A DNA stretch of 62,927 nt, the filler included, from Octopus bimaculoides (taxonomy: Eukaryota): assembly GCF_001194135.2 (NCBI RefSeq). It is 5 parts of 5 records of this genome, joined end to end, with 100 filler letters (N's around TTAATTAATTAA, not from the genome) between each part and the next. Parts side by side here need not be neighbours in the genome. Positions count along the whole stretch, not along the records: positions 1 to 21,938 come from NC_069005.1; 4 more parts are not named here. One strand, 5' to 3'. The translations under genes were made by a program, and so were the position numbers. Shown here piece after piece: positions 1-12,222 of this stretch. Under the pieces are notes generated by a model that worked only from the letters and a program-made list of their open reading frames with translations, was not told the DNA's origin and did no database searches. The first letter of the stretch is position 1. The number at the start of each line of letters is the position of its first letter.

Positions 1-327
1 TTTAAAAGAGTTCCAACACTGTCTGTTTTTTATGTTTTATTTATATTCCTGCAAAACCAATGTGGGATATAGAATATGGAATATACAATATATAATATAA
101 TATACAATATGGAATATACAATATATGATATAATATACAATATATAATATAAAATAAAAATGGATGGTACAATGAAATAAAGTATTGAATTTCTTATTGA
201 ATATATGGAATATGTCTTATTGAATAGATGAAATATTGAGTGTTCAATATAAAGGATTAAATATATAAAGGCGAATACGTATTTTCTATACCTTGTGGTA
301 TTTCATCATGGCCGGTATATATACGTG

Positions 328-488
328 ACAGGCTCCTTTTAGTTCCCGTCTGCCAAATCCACTCATAAGGCATTGATCGTCCCGATATAAGTAGTTTATA
401 ACACTCCTGCTTGATGTCTCGCGCAGTGGGATTGAACCTGGTATCGTTGGTTGGGAAGCACGCTTCATACCACACATAGCTATGCCTA
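328..488 (-). mobile_element. SINE family A (tRNA-derived head, CORE-like segment), degenerate 5' part
   Basis: Decayed match to the better copies at 48371-48779 and 55946-56130 (CAAATCCACTCA-AAGG...GCAGTGGGATTGAACC...CCACACA). Confidence 0.75.
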
Positions 489-588
489 TATATATAGATA
501 CACTAGACTACCCGTGACCTCTTGGGTCACCGGAAAACTCAGTTTCCCAGCAACGAAGTTTTGTTTCGTGGTTTTTTTTCTTTTCCAG

Positions 589-675
589 ATTATTTCGCAT
601 GCTTTCAACGAATGTGACATCGAAATCACATGTAAACGACTCCTATTTCTTGCACGCCATGCTGCCATGTAATAG
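589..675 (+). CDS. candidate 87-nt internal exon (LFRMLSTNVTSKSHVNDSYFLHAMLPCN), product unknown
   Basis: Strong acceptor GTTTTTTTTCTTTTCCAG|, donor AG|GTATGG, length divisible by 3, one open frame (phase 2-2). No recognisable homology. Confidence 0.2.
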
Positions 676-1271
676 GTATGGCGGATCCTTTATCGCAAAT
701 ACCAGTTACATGCTAGCAGGGTGTGCTAGAAATAGCGGTCAAATCTTTGGAGGTTAGATAACGTTGAATGCACTCGAAAAACAACCTAGGGAAAAATACT
801 GTTTCACACCGAGGTTAGGAAGTTTATGATATATATGAGTTTATGTATGTATGTATGTATATATGTATGTATGTAAGTGTATGTATGTGTGTACGTGTGT
901 ATGTATGCATGTACGTATGCATTTGTGTACATATATTTGTGTATATATATTTACTGTAAAAAAAAGACAAATCTTATTTTTTCGTTTTCAAATCACTGTG
1001 AAATCGAAAGGTTACAGTTTCTTCCATTTCAGGATGAAGTTATATTCGGAACGTTTTTCCATTATACACTTTTGGGGTATTTATACACCCAAACCCCGAA
1101 TATCTCAATAACTACTGCCCCAATTTACGCGAAACTTGTTTCATTTCATTCGTATTAACATTTCAGGGTGTACTTAATTCATAGTATTTTCCCATAATGC
1201 GCCAGTTTGGCTGGGTAACGTTGCAAGCAAGCAAGATTGAAACTGACTTTTAATGTATTATAAATAAATAA

Positions 1272-1338
<67 letters not shown>

Positions 1339-1454
1339 CATAGATACATAGATACATACATACATTACTACATACATGCATACATACATACAAGCACATA
1401 TCCATATGTGTGTACATGTATTCCTATTTGTATCCATTATTTGTTTCACAGAGA

Positions 1455-1590
1455 CCATACTGGAGCAAGGCCTTGAATAGATTTCGTCTGGATCTTAAGT
1501 CTGATAATTTTTGCCTCTTTTTTATGAAACCGTTTTATTATGGCGGTATGAACAAACCATCGCCGGTTGTCAGGTGATGCGGATACAAAT
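1455..1590 (-). mobile_element. SINE family A-related 3' body, degenerate
   Basis: Reverse complement of CATCACCTGACAACCGGCGATGGTTTGTT...TGCTCCAGTATG resembles the family A body and tail. Confidence 0.5.
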
Positions 1591-1658
1591 ATTCACATAC
1601 CTACACAGAGACCCATATACACACGTTTTTTGTCAATAAATTCTTTGTATCACAACAT

Positions 1659-1803
1659 TGTGGCTGTGGTAAGAATCTTGCTTCCCAACTACATGGTTCT
1701 GGGTTGAGTCCCACTCGGTAACACCTTGGGCAAGTGTTTTCTATTATAGCCTCAGGCCGACCAAAGCCTGTGAGTGGATTTGGTAGATGGAAACTGAAAG
1801 AAG
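1659..1803 (+). mobile_element. SINE family A 5' half
   Basis: TGTGGCTGTGGTAAG (A-box like), GGGTTGAGTCCC (B-box like), ACCTTGGGCAAGTG (CORE-like), GGAAACTGAAAGAAG then (TA)n. Confidence 0.85.
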
Positions 1804-1854
1804 TATATATATATATATATATATATAATATGTGACAATTATTCGGTAGCCATC

Positions 1855-1913
1855 ATAAAACTCCGAGTTTCCGATGTCGGGGCGGAAACCCACGCCGCCA
1901 TCGCTTCAGTTAT
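1855..1913 (-). ncRNA. decayed type I hammerhead ribozyme relic
   Basis: Minus strand: ATAA-CTGAAG(A missing)-CGATG...CATCG-GAAA-CTCGGAG-T-T-TTAT. Helix II is 5 bp with an inner GCGG/CCGC hairpin; helix III ACTCGGAGT is near-palindromic; helix I is ATAA/TTAT. Confidence 0.5.
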
Positions 1914-2694
1914 CTGGCCATCGAAAAAGTGCTATGAAAATGACCGTTAAAACAAAGGGAAATTACTGTGTGATTGACCGTTACTAAGACAAATGAACTA
2001 TTAGAATGACCGCTAAGTAAGGGCAGGGAGTAAAGGTAAGGGAGTAAAGGTAAGGGAGTAAAAATGTCCATAATATTCGCGTAAGCGCACGAGTCCATAC
2101 ATACACATGCGCGCCCGCACACCCACGTACATGCGCTTATATATATATACTCATCCACCCTAACTTGAAACACACACATGCTCACCCACACATTCGCCAA
2201 AAAGTATATACATACCCGCATACACGCTCTCACACACACACACACGCACAAAAAAGGTTCATACACACGTTTATATACGCACATGCACAAGAAAAAACAG
2301 GGCTAAAGGCAAAATACAGAAAAATGTGTAAAAAAGCAATAAGAGTAAAACACGCCTATATACGCACATACTTGCATGCACACACACACACACGTCTATA
2401 CACGCACACACGCACACATCCACAAGCGCACACAAAGGGTTCCATATACAGGTCTATATACGCAGGGAAGAAGGTAGAATACAGAAAGAAATATGTGTGA
2501 AAATATGTGAGCAATAAACCTATAAAATAATATGTCTATAAATATATGAAAAAAATATAAAGAATATATAAGAAATATAAGTAAAACGTATAGAGAGATA
2601 AAAAGCTTGTACGTGGACACAATACAGAAAGCAAGTCCTATCTGTAATCTCGGGGGACCAATAACGTAACAAATATTTTGCCACATGTGGAAAT

Positions 2695-2835
2695 TATTTG
2701 TCTGTGTTTCCCCCATCGCTTGACAATCAATGTCGGTGTGCTTACGTCCCCGTAACTTAGCGGGGCAAAATCGAGCGACGCAATATGTACTAGGCTTACA
2801 AAGAATAAGTCCTGGGGTCGATTTGTTCGAGGGAA
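2695..2835 (+). mobile_element. SINE family A 3' body
   Basis: CATCGCTTGACAA...CCCCGTAACTTAGCGG...TACTAGGCTTACAAAGAATAAGTCCTGGGGTCGATTTG, near-identical in parts to 56995-57190. Confidence 0.85.
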
Positions 2836-2931
2836 AAAATTCATCAGGTACGAACGGATAAATAAACTTTACCACAAGTATTGAGTACTCTTCGATTTTT
2901 ATAAACTCACGTATACGCGTGTGCAAATACA

Positions 2932-2967
<36 letters not shown>

Positions 2968-2971
2968 CGTG

Positions 2972-3003
<32 letters not shown>

Positions 3004-3706
3004 AGTGTGTGTGCGCGCGCGCGCGTGCAAAATATATGTGTGGATTCATTTCCAATTACATGGCTGAATTGTACTGCACCTTCTAGCAAATATTGCGTGC
3101 CTTGTGAATAGGAAATGGTTTCCTGCTATTATCAGGTCTACTTTGAATATTGGCCTTGATAATGGTGAAGCATTGTTCCTTAGGCACTCTCACGATGTTT
3201 TAGCGTGGAATATATCTTCTTGGTATTTTATATCTTGACTTATTTGTTGTTTTCTTGTTTTTTTTTTTACGTTGGTGTAATTGGTGGTTTCATTAAGGTT
3301 GTTGAGATTATTAATGCAGCGGTGGTGGTGGTATTGGTGGTGGTGGTGGTGGTGGTGGTGGTGACGGCATTGCATTTGAACATCAAGTATTTTGCAGTAG
3401 ATTCTGCGATGCAACAATCATCTAACAGAATTTTGACCAAATGCTGACTAAACTCATCTTCGACTTGTTTGTATTAAGTGTGTTTCAGTGTATATAATTT
3501 ATATGTATATGTGCTTGTGTNNNNNNNNNNNNNNNNNNNNNNNNNNNNNNNNNNNNNNNNNNNNNNNNNNNNNNNNNNNNNNNNNNNNNNNNNNNNNNNN
3601 NNNNNNNNNNNNNNNNNNNNNNNNNNNNNNNNNNNNNNNNNNNNNNNNNNNNNNNNNNNNNNNNNNNNNNNNNNNNNNNNNNNNNNNNNNNNNNNNNCAA
3701 ACAGGC

Positions 3707-3784
<78 letters not shown>

Positions 3785-3844
3785 CGGTTTACACTTTTGT
3801 GAATACATAGATATATAGGCGTGTGTGTATATGAACATGTGCGA

Positions 3845-3972
3845 GCGCGAGAGAGTTTATCTCTTTCAGAGAGAGAAGGAGGGAGAGAGTGAGGGTGGGG
3901 GAGAGAGGGAGGGAGGGGGAGAGAGTGAGGGAGAGGGATAGGCAGCGAAAGAGCGAGAGTGAGAGAGAGAGA
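3845..3972 (+). repeat. polypurine (GA/GGGA)-rich tract
   Basis: Nearly pure purine run with several GGG/GGGG tracts. Confidence 0.8.
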
Positions 3973-4381
3973 GGTTGATATATATGTATATATATACACA
4001 CTCATACATATATAATTATAGAGTATATATAAGTTCATATATATGTGTGTCTGTGTGCTTCTACGCGTTAGTGTATGTGTTCGTAGGTGCGTATATAATA
4101 CACACACACACATACATGCACATATACACACACACACACACACATATATATATGTATATATGAGTACATATATGTAATATATGCACGTGTATGTACACAT
4201 GTGTCTATACATTTACAGAGAGACACAAAAATACCAACACAGACTTCTCTCATAGTAATTAGTACTGGTAAAACCAAATCTTTCGGAATGCATTACGCCG
4301 ATCTTAATGCATTGTGCAAGACCAAGCTTACATATACTCATCATACATGCATGCATACACATAGACACATACATATATGTG

Positions 4382-4463
<82 letters not shown>

Positions 4464-4778
4464 TACATACAAAGACGGATAGCTACTACAAATATACAAT
4501 TACAATTTATGCGGCTGTTATTTGACTTCGGTCTTCTTTTCCTTTTTCCGCTGTTGTTATCGTTGTCATTGATGTTGTTGTTGTTACTGTTTTTCTTCTG
4601 TTATCTGTTGTTTTTCTTTTTCTTCGTGCTTTTGTACGTTTCTTAAAATGGCGGATGTGAAACGCATACTAAACACCGGCTAATTTACTCATTATATTCA
4701 CCCCCCCTCTCTCTCTCTTTTTCTCTCTCTTTCTTCATCTTTATTGATTCTAATATATGTATATATGTGTATATCTAT

Positions 4779-4809
<31 letters not shown>

Positions 4810-4879
4810 AATAAGCAATGTTAATTCTCTAAATGAAGTATTAACAGTAACTGCACGATAAAGTGTAGTATATTGCCAC

Positions 4880-4951
4880 TTAAGTGTGGCTGACCCCTAG
4901 GGGTGGATGTTACTGTTGCTTTTAGCCCCAGGAGGAGATGTCCTCCTGGGG
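4880..4951 (-). mobile_element. 3' end of a short interspersed repeat (TTTAGCCCCAGG family) with terminal 11-bp fold-back
   Basis: TTTAGCCCCAGG is shared with 43742 and, in the opposite orientation, with 11676-11690. CCCCAGGAGGA/TCCTCCTGGGG inverted repeat abuts the gap. Confidence 0.5.
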
Positions 4952-5489
4952 NNNNNNNNNNNNNNNNNNNNNNNNNNNNNNNNNNNNNNNNNNNNNNNNN
5001 NNNNNNNNNNNNNNNNNNNNNNNNNNNNNNNNNNNNNNNNNNNNNNNNNNNNNNNNNNNNNNNNNNNNNNNNNNNNNNNNNNNNNNNNNNNNNNNNNNNN
5101 NNNNNNNNNNNNNNNNNNNNNNNNNNNNNNNNNNNNNNNNNNNNNNNNNNNNNNNNNNNNNNNNNNNNNNNNNNNNNNNNNNNNNNNNNNNNNNNNNNNN
5201 NNNNNNNNNNNNNNNNNNNNNNNNNNNNNNNNNNNNNNNNNNNNNNNNNNNNNNNNNNNNNNNNNNNNNNNNNNNNNNNNNNNNNNNNNNNNNGTGTGTG
5301 TGTGTGTGTGAGTGTGTGTGTGTATGTATGTACGTATGTATGTATCTATGCATAAGTGAAGACATGAATAAATTCACACACAAACGCAAACACAAACACA
5401 CACACACTCGCACATAATTTTCTCTCTCTCTCTCTCTCTCCCTCTCTCTCCCTCTCTCTCTCTCTCTCCTTGTCTATCCATTTATGTAT

Positions 5490-5727
5490 CTATCTTTTAT
5501 CTTTTACTTGTTCCAGGCATTAGACTGAGGCACTGCTGGGGCACTGCCTTGGCACACACACACACACATATATACAACAGTTTTCTATCAGGTTCCCCTC
5601 TACCAAATCCATTCACAAGGCTTTGGCCAACCAGAAGACACTAGCCCAAGATGCCACGCACTGGGACTGAACCCAGAACTATGTGGTAGGGAAGCAAACT
5701 TCTTACTACACAGCCACGCCTCACCTA
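5490..5727 (-). mobile_element. SINE family A, internally deleted copy
   Basis: Tail TATCTTTTATCTTTTACTTG, a short body, a (CA)n linker, then the head ...GGGACTGAACCCAGAACTATGTGG...ACACAGCCAC. Confidence 0.8.
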
Positions 5728-6178
5728 CGTGTGCGTATATATATATATATATATATAGATATAGATATATACACACACATACATATAAATAGTATATGCA
5801 TGTATGTGTGTGTATGTGTGTGTGTATAAAGATAGAGAGTGAGGGAGAAAGAAAAAGAAACTCGATTGCATCATGGTTTTATTCTTTATATTTCTTTTCG
5901 TTTTTACATTCTTTGAAGGATTGAAAACTAAGTAAAAATATTCTTTTGTCAGATTCACATATACTATTATAGATACATGTAGCTTCCCAGACAGGTTACT
6001 TTGGCACATAACTCATGCTCGTTCCACTTTAATATAAAATTGTCTTTATTACAACATGAAAACAGTTTTACTTTAAACTGAATGATTACTCAATATTTTG
6101 GGTAAAGTACGAATTTATTATTCTCTAACAAGAATAGGATTGTCAGTGACTTCAAACTTTCGACCAGCTTCTCTTCAA

Positions 6179-6209
<31 letters not shown>

Positions 6210-6521
6210 CGTACATATATCCAAATACATATATACAAGCATGCATGTATGTATACCTACATACATACATACATACATACATACATACATACGTGCAACA
6301 GGCACTGCTTCTCTGTGGATGACTTGAAACTGTTTGCTAAGAGTATGCATGAGTTGAAAAAAGAGCCTTGACTTGGTTAGAACATTTTAAAAGGATATAA
6401 GTTTAGAGGTTGGTCGGAATAAATGTTGCTATATAGTTGTAAACAGAGGGAGAACTATAAAACAGACTAACAGCATCCCCAACAATGACTTAACTGTTTC
6501 TCCAATATCTCATGAGAGGTA

Positions 6522-6708
6522 CTCTTTTATTCTTTTACTTGTTTCAGTCATTTGTCTGTGGCCATGCTGGAGCACCGCCTTTTTAGTCGAACTAATCGAC
6601 CCCAGGGCATAGTAGAAGACACTTGCCGAAGGTGCCACGCAGTGGCACTGAACCCGGAACCATGTGGTTCGTAAGCAAGCTACTTACCACACAGCCACTC
6701 CTACGCCT
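6522..6708 (-). mobile_element. SINE family A, internally deleted, inserted in the LINE RT
   Basis: Tail and body end are joined directly (CCCCAGGG|CATAGTAGAAG) to the head. The LINE reading frame continues on both sides (PISHER | YTYLG). Confidence 0.9.
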
Positions 6709-7835
6709 ATATATTACACGTATCTAGGATAGATGAAAGCATTTCTTACGATGGTGTCTATAACGAGACTTGTGTCGCTAAAGAATATTACAGCCGAATA
6801 AATAAAATATCATCTTCGAATCTCCATTCAATAAAACAGTGGTCTAGAATGTGTTTGCAGTGCCAGTACTCATAGCAACATTTGGGTTACTTGATTGGAC
6901 GCTTGATAAGGTTCGAGCTATTGATGTGAGAACCCGGATGATACTGGCCAGCACAAAAAAATTCACGTTAAGAATGTCTTAGACCGCCATTACCTAAAAC
7001 GAAAACAAGGGGACAGAGAATTAACATCGTTCCAAACTGCCTTTGAATGTCGTACCATATCCATTCGGCGACATCTTGACCACCAAGTGTCGAAGTGCAT
7101 CCCTTGGCCAAGTTTGCATGCACGAGGTAGATAATATCATGAGACTTGGAAAGCAGCTCCTCCACCAGCATTCCTTGTCTGATAACCTTGAATACATGTC
7201 CAAATAAATTACACGACTCAGGCGCAACGTATCATCAGATGAAAGGTTGAGTGTATATCAGCAGAAAACTGTGCATGGCTATGTTAGCAGGAAATTCCAG
7301 GCTGAAAGTAACATTGATCATCAAAGCAGTCTATCATGGACCAACAACCAGATTACTAACTCGCATTTTGAAGGGTTTACATTTACCATGCAGGAACAGG
7401 AAATATCAACCTAAAACCTGATGCACAAAAGAGACAGAGATGCAGGAAAAATACCAAAATGTGATAACCAATGCAAACTTTGTGGAATTAACACCGAAGA
7501 TATCATCCACATCATAAGCAGTTCTCCAAAAATATCATCATAGTATTAACTACCGATGAGACATTACGTTGCCACCAAGATACTGGATAATGGGATCCGT
7601 TGGAAGGATAACCCTGAAGCCAAAGAGATAAGAGCCCACAGTATGGTAAAGGTTATAGCCATTCATAATATGAAAGAGTGCTGGTGGAATGTCTCAGTGA
7701 AAACCTTAATGAAACGTAAACCTAAAAGACCAGACACAGTGGTTTGGAACTGAGAGGAGAAACTGTGTACAATAGTGGAAATCAGCTGCACAGCGGATAT
7801 TAACATAAGGCTGAAGATCAGCGAAAAAGAAGATA

Positions 7836-9904
7836 CCAAATCGCACTTTTCCCCCTGAAATTTCCACCTAAAATTGGGTCTGCGACTTAAAAGCGCACCC
7901 TATAAAAAAATCTTCAGATATTTTCTATTCTAGGTACAAGCCACGTCTGAAGTTCCGACACTTGGAATAACCGAAAAAAAAAACCGAATCGCTAATTCCG
8001 AAGCCGAGAAGTACACGGAAGACGATCTTTAGATATTTCTTTAGATATTTCTTTACTTCTGTTAGTAGGAAATGGTTAATTTTAAAAAACTGAGTTTAAT
8101 GCTTGTTTGTTTTTGTACCGTCCCTGTCTTTCTTTAATTCGACGCCATGTTATCTGTTAACGTGAAGAGAAAGAGGAATTCGGATGATATCACTTTCAAG
8201 CTGAAAGTTGTTTAACACGCGAAGTCGCATTTGAATCGAGCTACAGAAAGAGAATTTGGGGTTTCAGAAAAAATGGTCTTGGATTGGCGTTTGAAAGAGA
8301 AGAAAATGAAATCCGTCGATATCAAATCGTTAAAGAAAATTAGGATAGGAATGAGTCCCAATGGGGAGATGGAGACTATTTTGAGAGCCTGAGTGACTGA
8401 ACTACGCACGAATGGACTTGTCGTCACGAGAAACCTCATTAGATTTCGGGCTCTCCAAGTGACTAAAGAACCTGGTATATCCAGCTTTAAAGCATCTCCT
8501 GGTTGGTGTACGAGGTTTATGAAACGCCACAATCTTACGCCGAGACTGAGGACTCATATCGCATAGAAATTACCCGCCGACGTAGAGATCAAAGCTGTTT
8601 CCTCCCATCGGTATGTAATAAACCTACGAAAGAGCCACGAGTTTGCCTTGGAAGCAATCGGTAATATGCACGAGACACTCCTTTATTTTTCGATATGGCT
8701 GAAATTCGGACAGTCGACGTTAAAGGGAAAAACACAATGTCGGTAAAAAAAAGAAAAAAACTACGGGGAGCGACGAGGCCCACTTCACCGCAATTTTAGC
8801 TTGTATGGCTAACGGTACGAAATTTCCCCCGGCTGTTGTTTTCAAAAGAAAGACTTTCCCGAAAGAGAAGTTTCCGAAGGACATAATGTTGTGTGATCAG
8901 GAGAAAAGGTGGGTGGATGAAACCGTATTGACGAACTGGTCAAACGACACGTGGTTCAAACGCACAGGGGCTATGCTTACTTCAAAGTCGCTTCTTGTGT
9001 GGGATATTTTTATGCTGTTGATCAGATGAGCTCATCTGATCAACGGCATAAAAATTAAAGGAGTGTCGTACGTGCCAAGCTGTGATTCCAGCAGGTGGAT
9101 GTACATCTGTGCTTCAGCCACTCGACGTGTCGGTGAACAAGCCTTTAAGGTGAACATGCGTGCCAGGTGGAATGAATGGATGATTAATGGTGACAAGGAA
9201 ATGACAACGGATGGGAACTTTAAACGCCCTGACCTTAAGACTGTTTGTCAGTGGGTGATAGATTCGTGAGTTATATAATAACTTCTCTGTATAAGGAATG
9301 TTAGCCCCAGTGCTTCATCAGTTAATGAAGATCAGACAAGGGAAGACGAGAATCAGAGTGTATACGATGAGACTATCACAACCGAGGAGTTATCTAGTGC
9401 AAGTGATGATGAAAGTGATGGTTAGTATAACTCGATTCTTTCTTCATTTATTCTTCTGATTTTTGTCACAATGTTTCATTCACTACCTTACAATTTAAAA
9501 CAGTTTATTGTATTTTTTCCAGTCAGAGCACATACGACTGCATGATTTTGTGTGTTAGTAGCTGCAAAAGTGTTCTAATAATTAAAGGCATGAAACAAAA
9601 AGTAAAGGGAAAGTATCGAGGCAATTAAGTCTCAATAGACAAGTCAACTAGCGTTTTCAAGGATAAGATTTTACATTATAAACAACGGTTTCTAAAATGC
9701 ATGGACTTAATGGGATAACAGTTGTAAGTCATTTTCAGCTTACTGAAAGCTCGCTTACCGAACAACAACTATTTCGGCACAATTCCTAATCGAACTTTGC
9801 TCTCCAGCATCAAAGTCGGATCAATGATGAAATTCCCAATTTGAACCTTGTAAGTCAGGGGTACATTTTATAGGGGAGGGCGTTTTATAGTCGAGTATAT
9901 ACGG
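7836..9904 (+). mobile_element. pogo-family (Tc1/mariner superfamily) DNA transposon, damaged left end
   Basis: Right end ...GGGCGTTTTATAGTCGAGTATATACGG followed by TA (9905-9906). The left end keeps only subterminal-like motifs (AAATCGCAC, GCGACTTAAAAGCGCACCCTATA). A transposase remnant lies inside. Confidence 0.85.
8147..9269 (+). pseudogene. pogo-type transposase pseudogene (Brinker-like DBD + CENP-B/Tc5 HTH + DDE_1)
   Basis: MLSVNVKRKRNSDDITFKLKVV*HAKSHLNRATEREFGVSEKMVLDWR; FKASPGWCTRFMKRH; IGNMHET; ACMANGTKFPPAVVFKRK; SLLVWD; LQPLDVSVNKPFK. Multiple stops and frameshifts. Confidence 0.9.
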
Positions 9905-11614
9905 TATTCAGAAATTTACAGTAACTCTACCCGGTTTATAATTTCAGGTTTATAACTGTAATTATTAGGGTACTGAGATATGTAACATGTTGCCTAAGTA
10001 CCAATCTTGAGAAATTAAGCTTCTCAAAATCAGAAATGAGAAAGCTGATTCGAAGACTATAGATCCAAGCCATCATCAGAACTGTTAAAATCTGTAAAAC
10101 TTTCCATTTAGTTATATATGCGCATGTCTAGACATGCATGAGAATACATACGTAAAACAAAACATACAGATCTGCATATGTACTAACTCCAAATACCTAA
10201 CGCGTATACATATGCATGCACAAAGACCCTGTTGATGTTGATGACATTCCAAAGAATGAGCCATGGATCGAGGTTAGAAACAGGATCTTTCTATATTGGT
10301 AAGAAATCTTGAAATAAATCTCGTAACATACACACATACATACATACATACACACATACATACATACACACATACACACATACATACATACATACATACA
10401 TACACATACGTTCAATGAGCCTATATTTCTACACAGAGTTGCACATCTAACTTTTATTCCCATCAGCAGCTGCCTAACTAATATCACAATGCTTTCGACA
10501 CCAAGGCAGAACCATTCAATCTGGCGGTGTTAACAGCGTCAAAAACATAAACGCTACCTAGGAATCAATAGACAAATAGCAAGAGGGAAACATTAATGTA
10601 ATATGTCCATTATATATACATATATATCAATTCACATGCGTGCGTGTGTTTCTGTATCTGTGTGTATTTAATATAAATAAATCCAATATATCGCTTTATT
10701 TCGTTAAGGGGTTGATTGTCATTATTATTAATTGATTTGGTTTGTATTTCTGTTGTTTTATATCTGTATATTTGTGCTTAATATTTTGAGCTACTGACTC
10801 TCTCTCTCTCTCTCTCCCTTCCTCCCTCCCTCTCTCCCTCCCTCCCTCCCTCGCTTCTTCGCTCCTTCAACCACTCTTCCCCACTCTCTTCCACTCCCTC
10901 TCCCATTCTCTCCCACTCTCATTTTCTCTTTATGTGTCTTTCTCGTATTTCTTTCTCATATGGTCAATATGTCTATGTATATATCAGCGTGTATTTGTGT
11001 ACGNNNNNNNNNNNNNNNNNNNNNNNNNNNNNNNNNNNNNNNNNNNNNNNNNNNNNNNNNNNNNNNNNNNNNNNNNNNNNNNNNNNNNNNNNNNNNNNNN
11101 ATATATATATATATATATATATAAAGAGAGAGAGAGAGAGAGTGAGACGGAGATACATACATACATTTGCTTGACGGGCCAACGACTTCCATATCTACGC
11201 ATTTATACACAGAGAGACATACACACATACACACACACAACACCACTCACACACACATAACATCTTACATTCTACACACATACACACATGCACATGTGCA
11301 CGCACATATCGCACGCATATACAAAGACACACATATGCACATACACACAGACATACACTCGCATATACATAACACCTACATTTACACACCACTCTAGCCT
11401 ACAACACCATCACCAGCACTGTCTCCATCACCACCACCAACAACAACACTAATAACAGCAACAACGAAACCTGTCGAAGGGCGAAAGAGTTATTATGTGG
11501 ACGATTGACATACTAGAGCTAGTAGTTAAATATATTTCAAATCACGTAACTTACCATCACGTATGAGAAAAAGAGACATTTTAGGTAAAAGTAACCCGGG
11601 ATGTCATCAGAACA

Positions 11615-11705
11615 ACAGGATGGTCACAATCGGGGTGCTTTATTCGATCATAGGTCTGCTGAATTATGTTTGACCAGGGGCTAAACAACAACAGCAGCAG
11701 CAGCA
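11615..11705 (+). mobile_element. 3' end of short interspersed repeat (GGGGCTAAACAACAAC family)
   Basis: GATCATAGGTCTGCT...GACCAGGGGCTAAACAACAAC then a (CAG)n tail; same terminus as 43735-43770 (minus). Confidence 0.5.
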
Positions 11706-12115
11706 GCAACACTTGGCGAAACCATTTAACTTTGTGACTCTGTCTTTCTAGCTCTTTCTCTCCCTATACACGTACGCACACACGCACGCACACACACACA
11801 CACATATATTTATATATATATATATATATATATATACATAGGTAAATATGTGCTCGCATATTCATTAATATGCATATATATATATATATATATATANNNN
11901 NNNNNNNNNNNNNNNNNNNNNNNNNNNNNNNNNNNNNNNNNNNNNNNNNNNNNNNNNNNNNNNNNNNNNNNNNNNNNNNNNNNNNNNNNNNNNNNNNNNN
12001 NNNNNNNNNNNNNNNNNNNNNNNNNNNNNNNNNNNNNNNNNNNNNNNNNNNNNNNNNNNNNNNNNNNNNNNNNNNNNNNNNNNNNNNNNNNNNNNNNNNN
12101 NNNNNNNNNNNNNNN

Positions 12116-12150
<35 letters not shown>

Positions 12151-12190
12151 GTATGTATGTATACATACATACATGTGTGTGGGTTAAATG

Positions 12191-12222
<32 letters not shown>

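Larger units (their letters stand above)
6300..10320 (+). mobile_element. non-LTR retrotransposon with C-terminal restriction-like endonuclease (R4/NeSL-type), 5'-truncated, degenerate, interrupted twice
   Basis: RT motif SVDDLKLFAK (6312-6341), YTYLG (~6714), zinc knuckle CKLCGINTEDIIHII (~7472), PD-(D/E)xK-type KRPDTVVWN...IVEISC (7725-7790). After the pogo insertion it resumes as FRNLQ*LYPVYNFRFITVII...LIRRL*IQAIIRTVKICKTF (9907-10105), followed by a presumed 3' UTR and a (CATA)n tail. Many stops and frameshifts. Confidence 0.85.
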
